A DNA stretch of 32,000 nucleotides from Tannockella kyphosi (GTDB taxonomy: Bacteria; Bacillota_I; Bacilli_A; Erysipelotrichales; Coprobacillaceae). The position numbers were made by a program, and so were the translations under genes. Where the stretch lies: assembly GCF_021054785.1 (NCBI RefSeq), contig NZ_CP088239.1, positions 1,290,001 to 1,322,000 on the forward strand, written 5' to 3'. The notes below the pieces were generated by a model, which worked only from the letters and a program-made list of their open reading frames with translations, had not been told where the DNA came from and made no database searches. Shown here piece after piece: positions 7,079-16,077 of this stretch (positions are counted from its first letter, which is position 1; every line of letters begins with the position of its first letter).

Positions 7079-9293
7079 TTGTTAGTTCCTCCTTTGATAA
7101 TTGTGAATGTGCAATTTCTTGATATACCTCACATGTTTTCATTAATTCATCATGTTTTCCAATACCAACCATTTTCCCATCATCTAAAACAATAATTTGA
7201 TCAGCCCCCATAATACTAGCAATACGTTGACCTACAATAATAACTGTTTGATTTGTTTTTTGACATAATATTTCTAATTCTTGACGTAATCTAGCATCTG
7301 TTTTAAAGTCTAATGCTGAAAAACTATCATCAAATACTAATACATCTGGATTTTTAGCTAATGCTCTAGCAATCGCTAATCTTTGTTTTTGACCACCAGA
7401 TACATTTGTTCCACCTTGTGAAATAGAACTTTGAATTCCTTCTTCTTTGCTTTCTATAAATTCACTAGCTTGCGCAATTCTTAAGATTTCTAATACTTCT
7501 TGTTCATTTAATGATTCATTTCCATATTTTACATTGGATTCAATCGTTCCTGAAAATAGGTTTCCTATTTGAGGAACTAAACCAATTTTATCTCTTAGAT
7601 TATGTTGTGTTACTTCTCTAACATCAACACCACTTACTAATACTTCTCCACTAGTTACTTCATAGAATCTAGGAATTAGATTAATTAAAGTAGATTTACC
7701 AGCACCAGTACTTCCAATAATAGCAGTTGTTTGTCCCGGTAATGCTTGGAAATTAATATTTTCTAATACTGCTTCATGAGCTCCAGGATATTGGAAACTT
7801 ACATTTTTAAATTCAACAAAACCTTTTTTACTTTCATCAAATGATCTTTCTTGTTTTGGATCATGAATTTTAGGTTCCGTTGTTAATACCTCATAAATAC
7901 GACCAGCAGCCACACTAGCACGAGGAATCATAATAGCAATAACTGCGATCATAATAAAGGCCATAATAATTTGCATTGCATATTGCATAAATGCCATCAT
8001 TTTACCAATATCTAATGTTCCAGCATCAATTTCTTTTGCTCCAAACCATACAATAGCTACCATAACAACATTCATAATAAATGTAATTAATGGCATTAAA
8101 CAAGACATGGAACGATTGGTAAATAGATTTACTTTAGTAAGTTCATTATTTGCTTTTTCAAAACGATCCTCACTATATGCTTCATTTCCAAAAGCACGAA
8201 TTACTAACATCCCACTTAAGTTTTCTCTCATCGTTAAATTTAGTTTATCAATTAATGTTTGAATAATTTTAAACTTTGGTAATACAACTGTAAAAGCAAC
8301 CATAATAATACATAAAATAACAATAATAACCAATACAATAATCCAAGCCATACTAGCTGCATTATTCAATGCATGAATAATTCCACCAATACCCATCATT
8401 GGTGCAAAGAATACAATTCTTAGCATCATAACAGTAACCATTTGTACTTGAGTAATATCATTGGTAGTACGAGTAATTAAAGAAGCCGTAGAAAACTTAT
8501 TAAATTCTTCATTAGAAAAACTTTCTACTTTTTCAAAAATAGCCTTACGTAAATTACGTGCTACTCCAGCCCCTATTCTAGCTGCTAATAAAGACACAGA
8601 AATGGCACACACAGTACCTATAAAAGCCACTACTAACATTGTTAAACCAATTGATTTAATATAATCATTTTGTAATTCATCAATATCTCTACCTAATGAT
8701 TCATATTCACTTAATACAGCAGTACCTGCTGCAATTAAAGAAGTAGATTCTCCTAATGTTTCAATCATTGCATCTACATCACTAAATACTGCTTCTAAAT
8801 CTTCTTCACTCATATAAGAGAATAATGTATAAACATCACTACCTTCTGGTAACATTGCCAACATTGTAGCATATTCTTCACTTGTTAAATCTACTTCTTC
8901 TAAAGAAGCAAGAAGCATAAATGGACGTAACAATACTTCATTTAATGCATCACGATCAAATGTATCATTTAATACATAAATATTTTGATCATCAATAGTA
9001 CTATACAAATCAAGAATATCTTGATCAATTTCACTATTTTCTATTAACGTATAGTTTTCTTCCAATACTTCTATTTCTTGATCATCTAAAAAAATACAAA
9101 TATGATCATATGTTTCTTCACTCATTACTTGGGCTACTGCATCTTCTGCCCCACCTGATTGAATCCCATTTGTTACAATCTCCGACATATAATCGGGTAA
9201 CGATAATTCTGCTTGTGATTGAACAAATAATAAACCAACAATAATAATAATAGATACTAAAAATGGTTTATAATAATTCTTTAACTTTATCAT
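7071..9293 (-). CDS. ABC exporter permease/ATPase half-transporter (degenerate-site subunit) with a large acidic loop insertion
   Basis: 740 aa. It has Walker A GSTGAGKST and signature VSGGQKQR. The Walker B reads VLVFDDSFSALD, so the catalytic Glu is replaced by Asp. The H-loop reads VGQRIASI, so His is replaced by Gln. About 170 acidic residues are inserted between TM1 and TM2. Confidence 0.9.
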   Translation of the reverse strand: MIKLKNYYKPFLVSIIIIVGLLFVQSQAELSLPDYMSEIVTNGIQSGGAEDAVAQVMSEETYDHICIFLDDQEIEVLEENYTLIENSEIDQDILDLYSTIDDQNIYVLNDTFDRDALNEVLLRPFMLLASLEEVDLTSEEYATMLAMLPEGSDVYTLFSYMSEEDLEAVFSDVDAMIETLGESTSLIAAGTAVLSEYESLGRDIDELQNDYIKSIGLTMLVVAFIGTVCAISVSLLAARIGAGVARNLRKAIFEKVESFSNEEFNKFSTASLITRTTNDITQVQMVTVMMLRIVFFAPMMGIGGIIHALNNAASMAWIIVLVIIVILCIIMVAFTVVLPKFKIIQTLIDKLNLTMRENLSGMLVIRAFGNEAYSEDRFEKANNELTKVNLFTNRSMSCLMPLITFIMNVVMVAIVWFGAKEIDAGTLDIGKMMAFMQYAMQIIMAFIMIAVIAIMIPRASVAAGRIYEVLTTEPKIHDPKQERSFDESKKGFVEFKNVSFQYPGAHEAVLENINFQALPGQTTAIIGSTGAGKSTLINLIPRFYEVTSGEVLVSGVDVREVTQHNLRDKIGLVPQIGNLFSGTIESNVKYGNESLNEQEVLEILRIAQASEFIESKEEGIQSSISQGGTNVSGGQKQRLAIARALAKNPDVLVFDDSFSALDFKTDARLRQELEILCQKTNQTVIIVGQRIASIMGADQIIVLDDGKMVGIGKHDELMKTCEVYQEIAHSQLSKEELTNG

Positions 9294-9751
9294 TCAAAAT
9301 CCTCCTTAATTCTCTTTATATTTGCTTCTAAACGACTTACAAATCCTACCATTTGTTCTAATTCTTGATTTTCAAAACCATCCAGTAGCCCCTTCATTGA
9401 TTTTTCAACTACTGCTTTACCTTCAATGACTCTGTCAATACCACCATCTGTAAGTGTTAAAAGCGTATTCCTTTTATCAAGACTATCTTGTTGTTTTTTC
9501 AAAAAACCTGCATTCTCTAGTCTCTGTATTCCAACGGAAAGGGTAGCTGGACTAATATGCATCATACCTGCTAATTCTCTTTGATTCATTTCACCTTTTC
9601 GATATATCAACATCATCAAACGAAATTGCCATAAAGTAATATCTACTGGTGCCTTTTTCTTTTCGATTGCTGTTAATTCATGAACACTCTTTTTTAATAT
9701 CGCGATACGATCCATTAGAATTTCTGCACGTTCAAACATCTTATCATCCAT
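9290..9751 (-). CDS. MarR-family transcriptional regulator
   Basis: 153 aa with a winged-helix core (...NQRELAGMMHISPATLSVGIQRLENAGFLKKQQDSLDKRNTLLTLT...). AAAGGAGG lies 7 nt upstream of the ATG. It overlaps the ABC gene by 4 nt (ATGA). Confidence 0.88.
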   Translation of the reverse strand: MDDKMFERAEILMDRIAILKKSVHELTAIEKKKAPVDITLWQFRLMMLIYRKGEMNQRELAGMMHISPATLSVGIQRLENAGFLKKQQDSLDKRNTLLTLTDGGIDRVIEGKAVVEKSMKGLLDGFENQELEQMVGFVSRLEANIKRIKEDFE

Positions 9752-9767
9752 TATCCATCCTCCTTTA

Positions 9768-9813
9768 GTTAGTCTACTAACAATTAGTATACTAACTATT
9801 TATTTAAAGTCAA
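9768..9813 (-). promoter_or_regulatory. marR promoter with two palindromic TTAGT-N2-ACTAA operator boxes
   Basis: Box 1 is GTTAGTCTACTAAC (9768-9781). Box 2 is TTAGTATACTAA (9784-9795), a perfect palindrome. On the minus strand the -35 TTGACT (9813-9808) and the -10 TATACT (9791-9786) are separated by 16 nt. The -10 lies inside box 2. Confidence 0.6.
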
Positions 9814-9840
9814 CAAAAAAAGTATATTTACATATACTTT
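9812..9840 (-). terminator. Terminator of the proB-proA-C_GCAxxG_C_C unit
   Basis: AAAGTATAT (9819-9827) pairs with ATATACTTT (9832-9840) around a 4-nt loop. A T-run follows on the minus strand. It overlaps the stop codon at 9828-9830. Confidence 0.65.
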
Positions 9841-10244
9841 TCTAATAATATGATTGTTTCTTCAATATATGCACCACATGTTCCCAATCTTACTTCTTTA
9901 CCTTCTATCTTCTTTAATCCTTTTAATTCTTCACAACGAAGTGCTCCACGACTTGCTTCAAATTCTCTTAAGAATTCAGTTGTTATTTCTTCCACTGATT
10001 TCTTTACTGTTTTGTCTGCTTCGATTTGGCCATATCGTAAGCTAAGCACCATTGCTCCTCCTAAAAGTGCTCCACATATTTCACGAATATGTCCAACACC
10101 TCCACCTAAACCATAAGAAATATGCATTGCAGTATCCATATCAATATCTAATACATCTACATAACTCCCTAATACAGCTTGGCAACAATTGTAACCCTTC
10201 TTTACAATTTCTTTCCCTAATAAAACTCTTTCATTTACGTCCAT
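9828..10244 (-). CDS. C_GCAxxG_C_C family (putative redox-active) protein
   Basis: It contains the motifs GYNCCQAV, CGALLGG and CGAY. The track start at 10322 would overlap proA by 77 nt and has no RBS. The ATG at 10244 (MDVNERVLLGKEI...) lies 1 nt after the proA stop and has GGAGAGG upstream, so I prefer it. Confidence 0.7.
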   Translation of the reverse strand: MDVNERVLLGKEIVKKGYNCCQAVLGSYVDVLDIDMDTAMHISYGLGGGVGHIREICGALLGGAMVLSLRYGQIEADKTVKKSVEEITTEFLREFEASRGALRCEELKGLKKIEGKEVRLGTCGAYIEETIILLEKYM

Positions 10245-10245
10245 G

Positions 10246-11487
10246 TTATCTAATCTGTCCTCTCCCATATATTTTATATTTGGTTGTAGTGATTTCTTGT
10301 AATCCCATTGGTCCTCTTGCATGCAATTTTTGAGTACTAATACCTACTTCAACCCCAAAACCAAACTCTCCACCGTCACTAAAGCGGGTAGATGCATTCG
10401 CATACACACAAGCACTATCTACTTGATTTAAAAACAATTCACAACGTTCCATGTTTTCACTAACAATTGCTTCTGAGTGTTTTGTAGAAAATTGTTGAAT
10501 ATGAGCTATTGCTTCTTCAAAATGATCAACGACCTTAATATTACACGCCTTACTACCATACTCTGTTGAATAACTATCCTCATTAATAAGGAAACATTGG
10601 ATAAAGCTTTTTGTTTTAGAACAACCATACATTTTTACTTCTTCTTTTATAAAAGCATCATATAATAATTCTAAAAACTCTTTTGCAATAGCTTGGTGTA
10701 CAATAATCGTTTCTAATGCATTACATACAGAAGGTCTTTGAACCTTCCCATTTAACGCAATAGCTTTCGCTTTTTCTAAGTCTGCATCTTTATCCACAAA
10801 TAAATGACATACTCCTGCACCTGTTTCAATAACTGGTACTAAGGAATTTTTAGTTACATGTTGGATTAATGTTGCACTACCCCTAGGAATCAATAAATCT
10901 AAATATTCTTTAGCTTGTAGTAATATGTCTACATCTTGTCTAGACGATGTTTCAATGTATATAATAGCATCTTTTCCTAAAATATCAAGTGTAGCTTCTA
11001 CCATTAGCTTTGTTAGCACCATATTCGAATAAAATGCTTCTTTTCCACCTTTTAAAACACATACATTTCCTGATTTAATACATAAGCTAGCAATATCTAT
11101 TGTTACATTTGGTCTTGATTCATAAATAACTCCAATCACACCAATTGGTACACGTACTTGTTGTATTTCTAAACCATTATCTTTATGAATTTCTCTTACC
11201 TTTTGACCAATTGGATCTTCTAATTCGATTACCTTTTGAATATCTTGTACCATTGCCTTAATTCTAGATTCATCTAATAATAATCGATCAATCATTGCTT
11301 CACTTAAACCAGTTATTCTAGCATTATCAATATCTTTGTTATTTTCTTCCACAATTTGATCAATATGTGCTAGTAGCGTATCTTGAATCTTTTTTAAAGC
11401 AAGATTCTTATCTTTTGTTTCTAAAACAGCAAGTCTTGTTTTTGCATTCGCTGCATCTTTTAATTGTTGTTTAATTACTTGTTCCAT
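10246..11487 (-). CDS. proA: Gamma-glutamyl phosphate reductase
   Basis: 413 aa of aldehyde-dehydrogenase type (...VIYESRPNVT..., ...CNALETIIVH..., ...ASTRFSDGGEFG...). It lies immediately downstream of proB, overlapping it. Confidence 0.9.
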   Translation of the reverse strand: MEQVIKQQLKDAANAKTRLAVLETKDKNLALKKIQDTLLAHIDQIVEENNKDIDNARITGLSEAMIDRLLLDESRIKAMVQDIQKVIELEDPIGQKVREIHKDNGLEIQQVRVPIGVIGVIYESRPNVTIDIASLCIKSGNVCVLKGGKEAFYSNMVLTKLMVEATLDILGKDAIIYIETSSRQDVDILLQAKEYLDLLIPRGSATLIQHVTKNSLVPVIETGAGVCHLFVDKDADLEKAKAIALNGKVQRPSVCNALETIIVHQAIAKEFLELLYDAFIKEEVKMYGCSKTKSFIQCFLINEDSYSTEYGSKACNIKVVDHFEEAIAHIQQFSTKHSEAIVSENMERCELFLNQVDSACVYANASTRFSDGGEFGFGVEVGISTQKLHARGPMGLQEITTTKYKIYGRGQIR

Positions 11488-12595
11488 GTTTCCCCTCCAT
11501 TAATACTAAATCATTTGCATGAATGATTTCTCCTCTTACATAAGTAGATAAAATAGTTTGCATTTCCTTGCTTTTTCTACCCTTCACTAAATCAATTTCA
11601 TGACTTGCATATCCTACAATCCCTCGAGCAATAATGTTTCCTTGCACGTCTACAATATCCACTACTTGCCCTTGTAAAAAAACTCCTACTACTTCTACAA
11701 TCCCTGAAGATAATAAACTAGTATGTAAATTTAATAATGCCTTTTTACAACCATCATCTACTATTAATTTCCCTTTAGGAATACTACGATATAAAATCCA
11801 ATGATTACGTAAAGAAAGATTTCTTCCTAACTTACTACTAAAATAAGTCCCAATATCTTTTCCTTCTAAAACATCTAATAATCCTGTTTTTTCATTACTA
11901 GAAACAATAGCCATATCTATATTAGCATCCATCACTATTTTAGCTGCATGAATCTTACTAGACATCCCACCTGTCCCTACTTTACTAACAGTTCCTTTTG
12001 CCATATCCATAATATCTTGGCCTATTGTTTGAACATAAGGGATTCTTTTTGCATCCTTATTAGTATGTGGATTATCATCATATAATCCATCAATATCACT
12101 AGTAATAATTAATAAGTCTGCTTTTACAATTGGTGCCATTAAGGCAGCCAATGTATCATTATCACCTACTTTTATTTCATCCGTAGCCAATGTATCATTT
12201 TCATTAATAATCGCAATAGCTCCATATTCATGAATAGATTCTAAAGCATTCGTTAAATTCATTAATCTTTTACGATCATCAAAATCATCATGATTTACTA
12301 ATATTTGAGCACAATGACATTCAAATATTTTAAATACATCTTCATAAGCTTTCATTAAATGAGCTTGTCCAATTGCAGCTAGTGCTTGTTTTTGTTTCAT
12401 TTGAGTAGGTTTCTCTTTTAAAGCAAGTACTCCCATACCTGCTCCAATAGCCCCACTAGATACTAGTGTTACTTTTATCCCTCTTCGTTGTATTTCAACA
12501 ATTTGTACAACTAAATGCATCATCTTTTCTAAACTTAATACACCTAAATCATCACATAAAGAACTTGTCCCTATCTTTATCATTACACTTTGCAT
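11471..12595 (-). CDS. proB: Glutamate 5-kinase with a C-terminal PUA domain
   Basis: 374 aa. The amino-acid-kinase fold is indicated by IKIGTSSL, LVSSGAIGAG, INENDT and GDNDTLAA. GGGGGA lies 8 nt upstream of the ATG. Confidence 0.9.
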   Translation of the reverse strand: MQSVMIKIGTSSLCDDLGVLSLEKMMHLVVQIVEIQRRGIKVTLVSSGAIGAGMGVLALKEKPTQMKQKQALAAIGQAHLMKAYEDVFKIFECHCAQILVNHDDFDDRKRLMNLTNALESIHEYGAIAIINENDTLATDEIKVGDNDTLAALMAPIVKADLLIITSDIDGLYDDNPHTNKDAKRIPYVQTIGQDIMDMAKGTVSKVGTGGMSSKIHAAKIVMDANIDMAIVSSNEKTGLLDVLEGKDIGTYFSSKLGRNLSLRNHWILYRSIPKGKLIVDDGCKKALLNLHTSLLSSGIVEVVGVFLQGQVVDIVDVQGNIIARGIVGYASHEIDLVKGRKSKEMQTILSTYVRGEIIHANDLVLMEGKHGTSN

Positions 12596-12638
12596 TTTTT
12601 AATCCCCCATTTTTCTTAGAATAGCATACTATAACAAT

Positions 12639-12666
12639 AAAAAAAAGGAATATAAATTATATTCCT
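12639..12666 (-). terminator. Terminator downstream of the MATE gene
   Basis: AGGAATATA (12646-12654) pairs with TATATTCCT (12658-12666). A run of 8 T follows on the minus strand. It overlaps the stop codon at 12665-12667. Confidence 0.7.
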
Positions 12667-13943
12667 AAAATAAATGATACTTTCTTCTATTTTTAAACAA
12701 TTGAAAAACACTTAAAAACAAAGTACATAGTTCTCCAATTGGTAAAGCTAAAAAGATTCCATTCACTCCTACATAAATTGGTAAAACATATAAACAAACA
12801 GTTATAAAGAAAAAGGTTCTAAAAAAAGATAACATAGCAGATACTCTTCCATCATTTAAAGCAGTAAACAGTGAAGAAGTAAAAATATTGACTCCTACAA
12901 TTAATAAAGAAAAAGAAAATAATCTTAATCCTACTAACGATAACTCATATACTTCTAAATCATTACTAGAAAACAAATAACAGATTGTACTACTTACCAT
13001 ATTCGCAAACACAAAAATAAAAATCGAAAAACATAAAATCATTATTCCACTAATCTTTAATAACTTCCTTATTTGTTGATAATCTTGACTTCCATAATAA
13101 TAACTATACATCGGTGCTATTCCATTAGAAAATCCTAAAAATACTGCATTCAATAAAAACTGAGCATATAAAATAATGGTAATCGCTGCTACTCCCGAAG
13201 TTCCCACATAAGCCATCATTTGAATATTATATAAAAATGTAGTAATAGCCAAAGATAAATTAATAACCATCTCACTACTTCCATTTATACATACCTGTTT
13301 TACTACTTTCCATGAAATAGGAAATCTTACAAAATATAAATAACCAGTTCTAACAAATAAAAAATAACATAAACCAAACAATGCTGGAATACTATATCCA
13401 CAAACAGTTGCATAAGCAGCTCCACTAATCCCTAATCCAAAAGAAACAATAAATAGATAATCTAAAACAACATTTAAAATACCACCTATCATGGTTATAA
13501 ATAAACCTATTTGTGGTTTTCCTGCAGTTACAAAGAAATATTGAAACATTAATTGTAATACAAATAATGGTGCAAAACTCATCTGTATTGATAAGTAATC
13601 TTGGCAATATTGATCTAAAACTGAAGATGATCCTAACCAATGAATCAGTGTTATTATATTCTTATTAACTACTACACCTAATAAAAGACCTAAAACAAAC
13701 CCTGCTACTACTAACATAGTTAACGTTTCTTTTGCTTCTTTTTGTTTATTTTCCCCAAGCAATTTCCCCATTAAAGCACTACCACCTGTACCAATCATCA
13801 CTGCTAAACCAATAACTATATTAATAAATGGATATACTATATTAATAGCACTTAAGGCATTACTACTAACATAATGAGAAACAAACATTCCATCCACAAT
13901 CGTATAAAGAGACATAAAGATCATCATACAAATAGTAGGTAAT
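12665..13943 (-). pseudogene. MATE-family efflux transporter, 5'-truncated at the RE of IS copy 2
   Basis: The 420-aa ORF is highly hydrophobic and multi-TM. The native frame runs upstream of the first ATG (13927) right to the IS junction (...LPTIC-MMIFMSLYTIVDGMFV), with no start or RBS. Comparison with typical MATE N-termini suggests about 15-20 codons are missing, which is most of TM1, together with the promoter. Confidence 0.55.
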
Positions 13944-14153
13944 CTGAAACTCCCACACCTGAAGGAATGGGGTTCTTAACTACTAAATAACCTTCTTTAA
14001 CTACAAAAATAAAACAATAATTATTGTTTGAAATGTAGAGAATCCTAATTATTTTCATTAAGAATTTCACTATCCATTCATTCCGTTGAACAAATTAACG
14101 ATAGTATAACGCCCGTTTCAAGACGTTTTGTTGTTAATACTTTTTAATGCTTT
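13924..14153 (-). ncRNA. Putative omega-RNA of copy 2 (scaffold 14153..13944, flank-derived guide 13943..13924)
   Basis: This is the same 210-nt tail as in copy 1. It has 3 substitutions in the middle and 4-5 in the RE hairpin. The role is inferred only. Confidence 0.3.
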
Positions 14154-15650
14154 TTAAATGCCAATACTAGAAAGGTTTTTCTTTCCTTTTAATCTTTCTA
14201 CTTCTTGGTTATGTTTGATTAAAAATCTTTCAAAATTCATTTCACATTTTTCTTGATTCATTGTTTTTAAATCTTCGTTCATATTCATTAATAAATAAGA
14301 ACTATATAAATCTCTTTGTACTATTATCACTTCGTTGTTATATTCTATCTCATTCCATCTTTGAGATAGTTTTTTCTTCTTGTATGTTTGATTAACATGG
14401 TTGTATTGACTTGCTTTGGTTGTATAGTTGTTTACTTTTAAAACTTCTTTATCTATGTAGTTTAGCTTTCTATTCAAAATTTCTACAAACATAGCAGGAG
14501 CTTTACTCCCTAACGATTTACCAAACCTCTTTTTACGATTGAATTTACCTGTCTTTTCGCTGATTGTTGTTTTCTTTGCACGTTTTTGCAATCCTTTATA
14601 ATGCATTGTTTCTACATAAATGGTCGTACCTAGTGTTAAAAGATGATTTGCTAAGGTCTCGTGTTGTAACTTTCGAATAGCTGCTTGCTTTCTACTAAGC
14701 TCTCTTAGTTCGCTTCTTAATCGAAGATAGAGATTGGAGTTCTTCCATTTTCTAGCTCCTGTTTTAGTAGTTCCATCTTCATTGTAGTTATTAGGATTCA
14801 TGGCTCGTCTACTACGATCCATTTTTCTAGAAATGATTCGCTTTTTCTTTTCTAGGTTAGGTACTTTATCAGCTAATTCAATCAATCCTACTTCTTTGTT
14901 AGAGCAATAGGCAATCGTTTGCGTGCCTAAGTCAATACCTACAACACCATCTCTTTTAGGATTCTTTACTTCACCAGTCGTTGGATTGTATTTTACAGGA
15001 GGAGTTCCTTTAAACACTACTTGTAGATAGTATTTATACTTTCCTCTAATTTCTTTTTGAAGTATTCGATTATAACAGATTTTATAATGAGGGTTATGAA
15101 AACATTCATTTTCATAACTATTAGAATGATTAATGATAACAGGAATAATAAGACCATTCCAATAAAGTGTTTCATTTACGAAACGAATTCCACTTGTATT
15201 TGATTTTCCTTCTAACGAAGTGAATTCTCCATACTTTTTAAAATGAATTTCTTTTCCATCACTAAACATTACTTTGCTATAAGCTTTCCATAAATTCGTA
15301 GCAATCTTTTGAGACGTGTTTGAATCAATATTTTCACGAAAACAATGTTGTAATTCTTTTACATCTTTATGAAAATCGTATTCGGATAAACGATATTCTC
15401 TTTGCATTTCTTTTAATCGGTTAGCTAGGTCTTTCTTTGTTACACCAGCTTTAGGATGTCCTTCATGAATTCGTTTATATTGTTTCATAATGTATTTATA
15501 TTCTTTTGTTTTTGTCATTTCTCTATATCGTTTTTGAGTAATAACAATTAAAGAATTATACATTTTTCTACCAATTTCAAAACGTTTTTCTAATATATGT
15601 TCTTGATAGGTTTCTGTTTTTAATGAAATTGTTATACAAAAATTACTCAT
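14154..15650 (-). CDS. tnpB: TnpB, copy 2
   Basis: It is 498 aa and full length, with the D-E-D motifs and the same cysteine-less segment. It has 17 substitutions relative to copy 1 (for example P9S, G74D, G300R/Q301K, K443I/I444V). Confidence 0.88.
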   Translation of the reverse strand: MSNFCITISLKTETYQEHILEKRFEIGRKMYNSLIVITQKRYREMTKTKEYKYIMKQYKRIHEGHPKAGVTKKDLANRLKEMQREYRLSEYDFHKDVKELQHCFRENIDSNTSQKIATNLWKAYSKVMFSDGKEIHFKKYGEFTSLEGKSNTSGIRFVNETLYWNGLIIPVIINHSNSYENECFHNPHYKICYNRILQKEIRGKYKYYLQVVFKGTPPVKYNPTTGEVKNPKRDGVVGIDLGTQTIAYCSNKEVGLIELADKVPNLEKKKRIISRKMDRSRRAMNPNNYNEDGTTKTGARKWKNSNLYLRLRSELRELSRKQAAIRKLQHETLANHLLTLGTTIYVETMHYKGLQKRAKKTTISEKTGKFNRKKRFGKSLGSKAPAMFVEILNRKLNYIDKEVLKVNNYTTKASQYNHVNQTYKKKKLSQRWNEIEYNNEVIIVQRDLYSSYLLMNMNEDLKTMNQEKCEMNFERFLIKHNQEVERLKGKKNLSSIGI

Positions 15651-15678
15651 GAAGTTTCTCCCTTCTTGATTTCGATAT

Positions 15679-16077
15679 TTAATATCTTTTTCTCTGGCTT
15701 TCTACATATCTCTTTATTGTTTCACTACTAACAACACCGGCAGTTGAAACAAAATAGCTTCTTGTCCACAAACTTTTCATCTGACTCAACTCTGAAAATT
15801 CACTTCTTAATATCAACCCACTTTTCCTTTTTATTTTTTGCATAATTTCGCTAGGGCTATATTTTGGTAATGCGTTTATAAACAAATGAATATGATCCTT
15901 ATCACATTCCATAGCAATAATTTCAATTTCTAATTCCTTGCAAGTTTCTTCCACTATGATTTTAAGCCTTTCTTCTACATTTGGAATTAAAAATATTTTT
16001 CTACGATACCTTGGACAAAAGATAAAATGATAATTAATTAACGAGGTTGTTGTTTTTGTTTTTCTATATTCTTTCAT
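15679..16077 (-). CDS. tnpA: IS200/IS605 Y1 transposase TnpA, copy 2
   Basis: It is identical to copy 1 except D77E. Confidence 0.92.
   Translation of the reverse strand: MKEYRKTKTTTSLINYHFIFCPRYRRKIFLIPNVEERLKIIVEETCKELEIEIIAMECDKDHIHLFINALPKYSPSEIMQKIKRKSGLILRSEFSELSQMKSLWTRSYFVSTAGVVSSETIKRYVESQRKRY

Noticed and set aside
10245-10322. The long 164-aa form of the C_GCAxxG_C_C ORF, overlapping proA by 77 nt.
   Set aside because: There is no RBS at 10322 or at the internal ATG 10268. The ATG at 10244 follows the proA stop, has GGAGAGG upstream, and matches the usual family N-terminus.
9850-10333. Three plus-strand ORFs (88, 63 and 93 aa) opposite the C_GCAxxG_C_C and proA genes.
   Set aside because: They are antisense shadows of well-supported minus-strand genes. 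They have no RBS and low-complexity, Leu/Ser/Pro-rich sequences.
12596-12664. A T-box or other leader might lie upstream of proBA, as in Bacillus.
   Set aside because: The gap is only 69 nt and is mostly occupied by the MATE terminator, so there is no room for a ~200-nt T-box leader.
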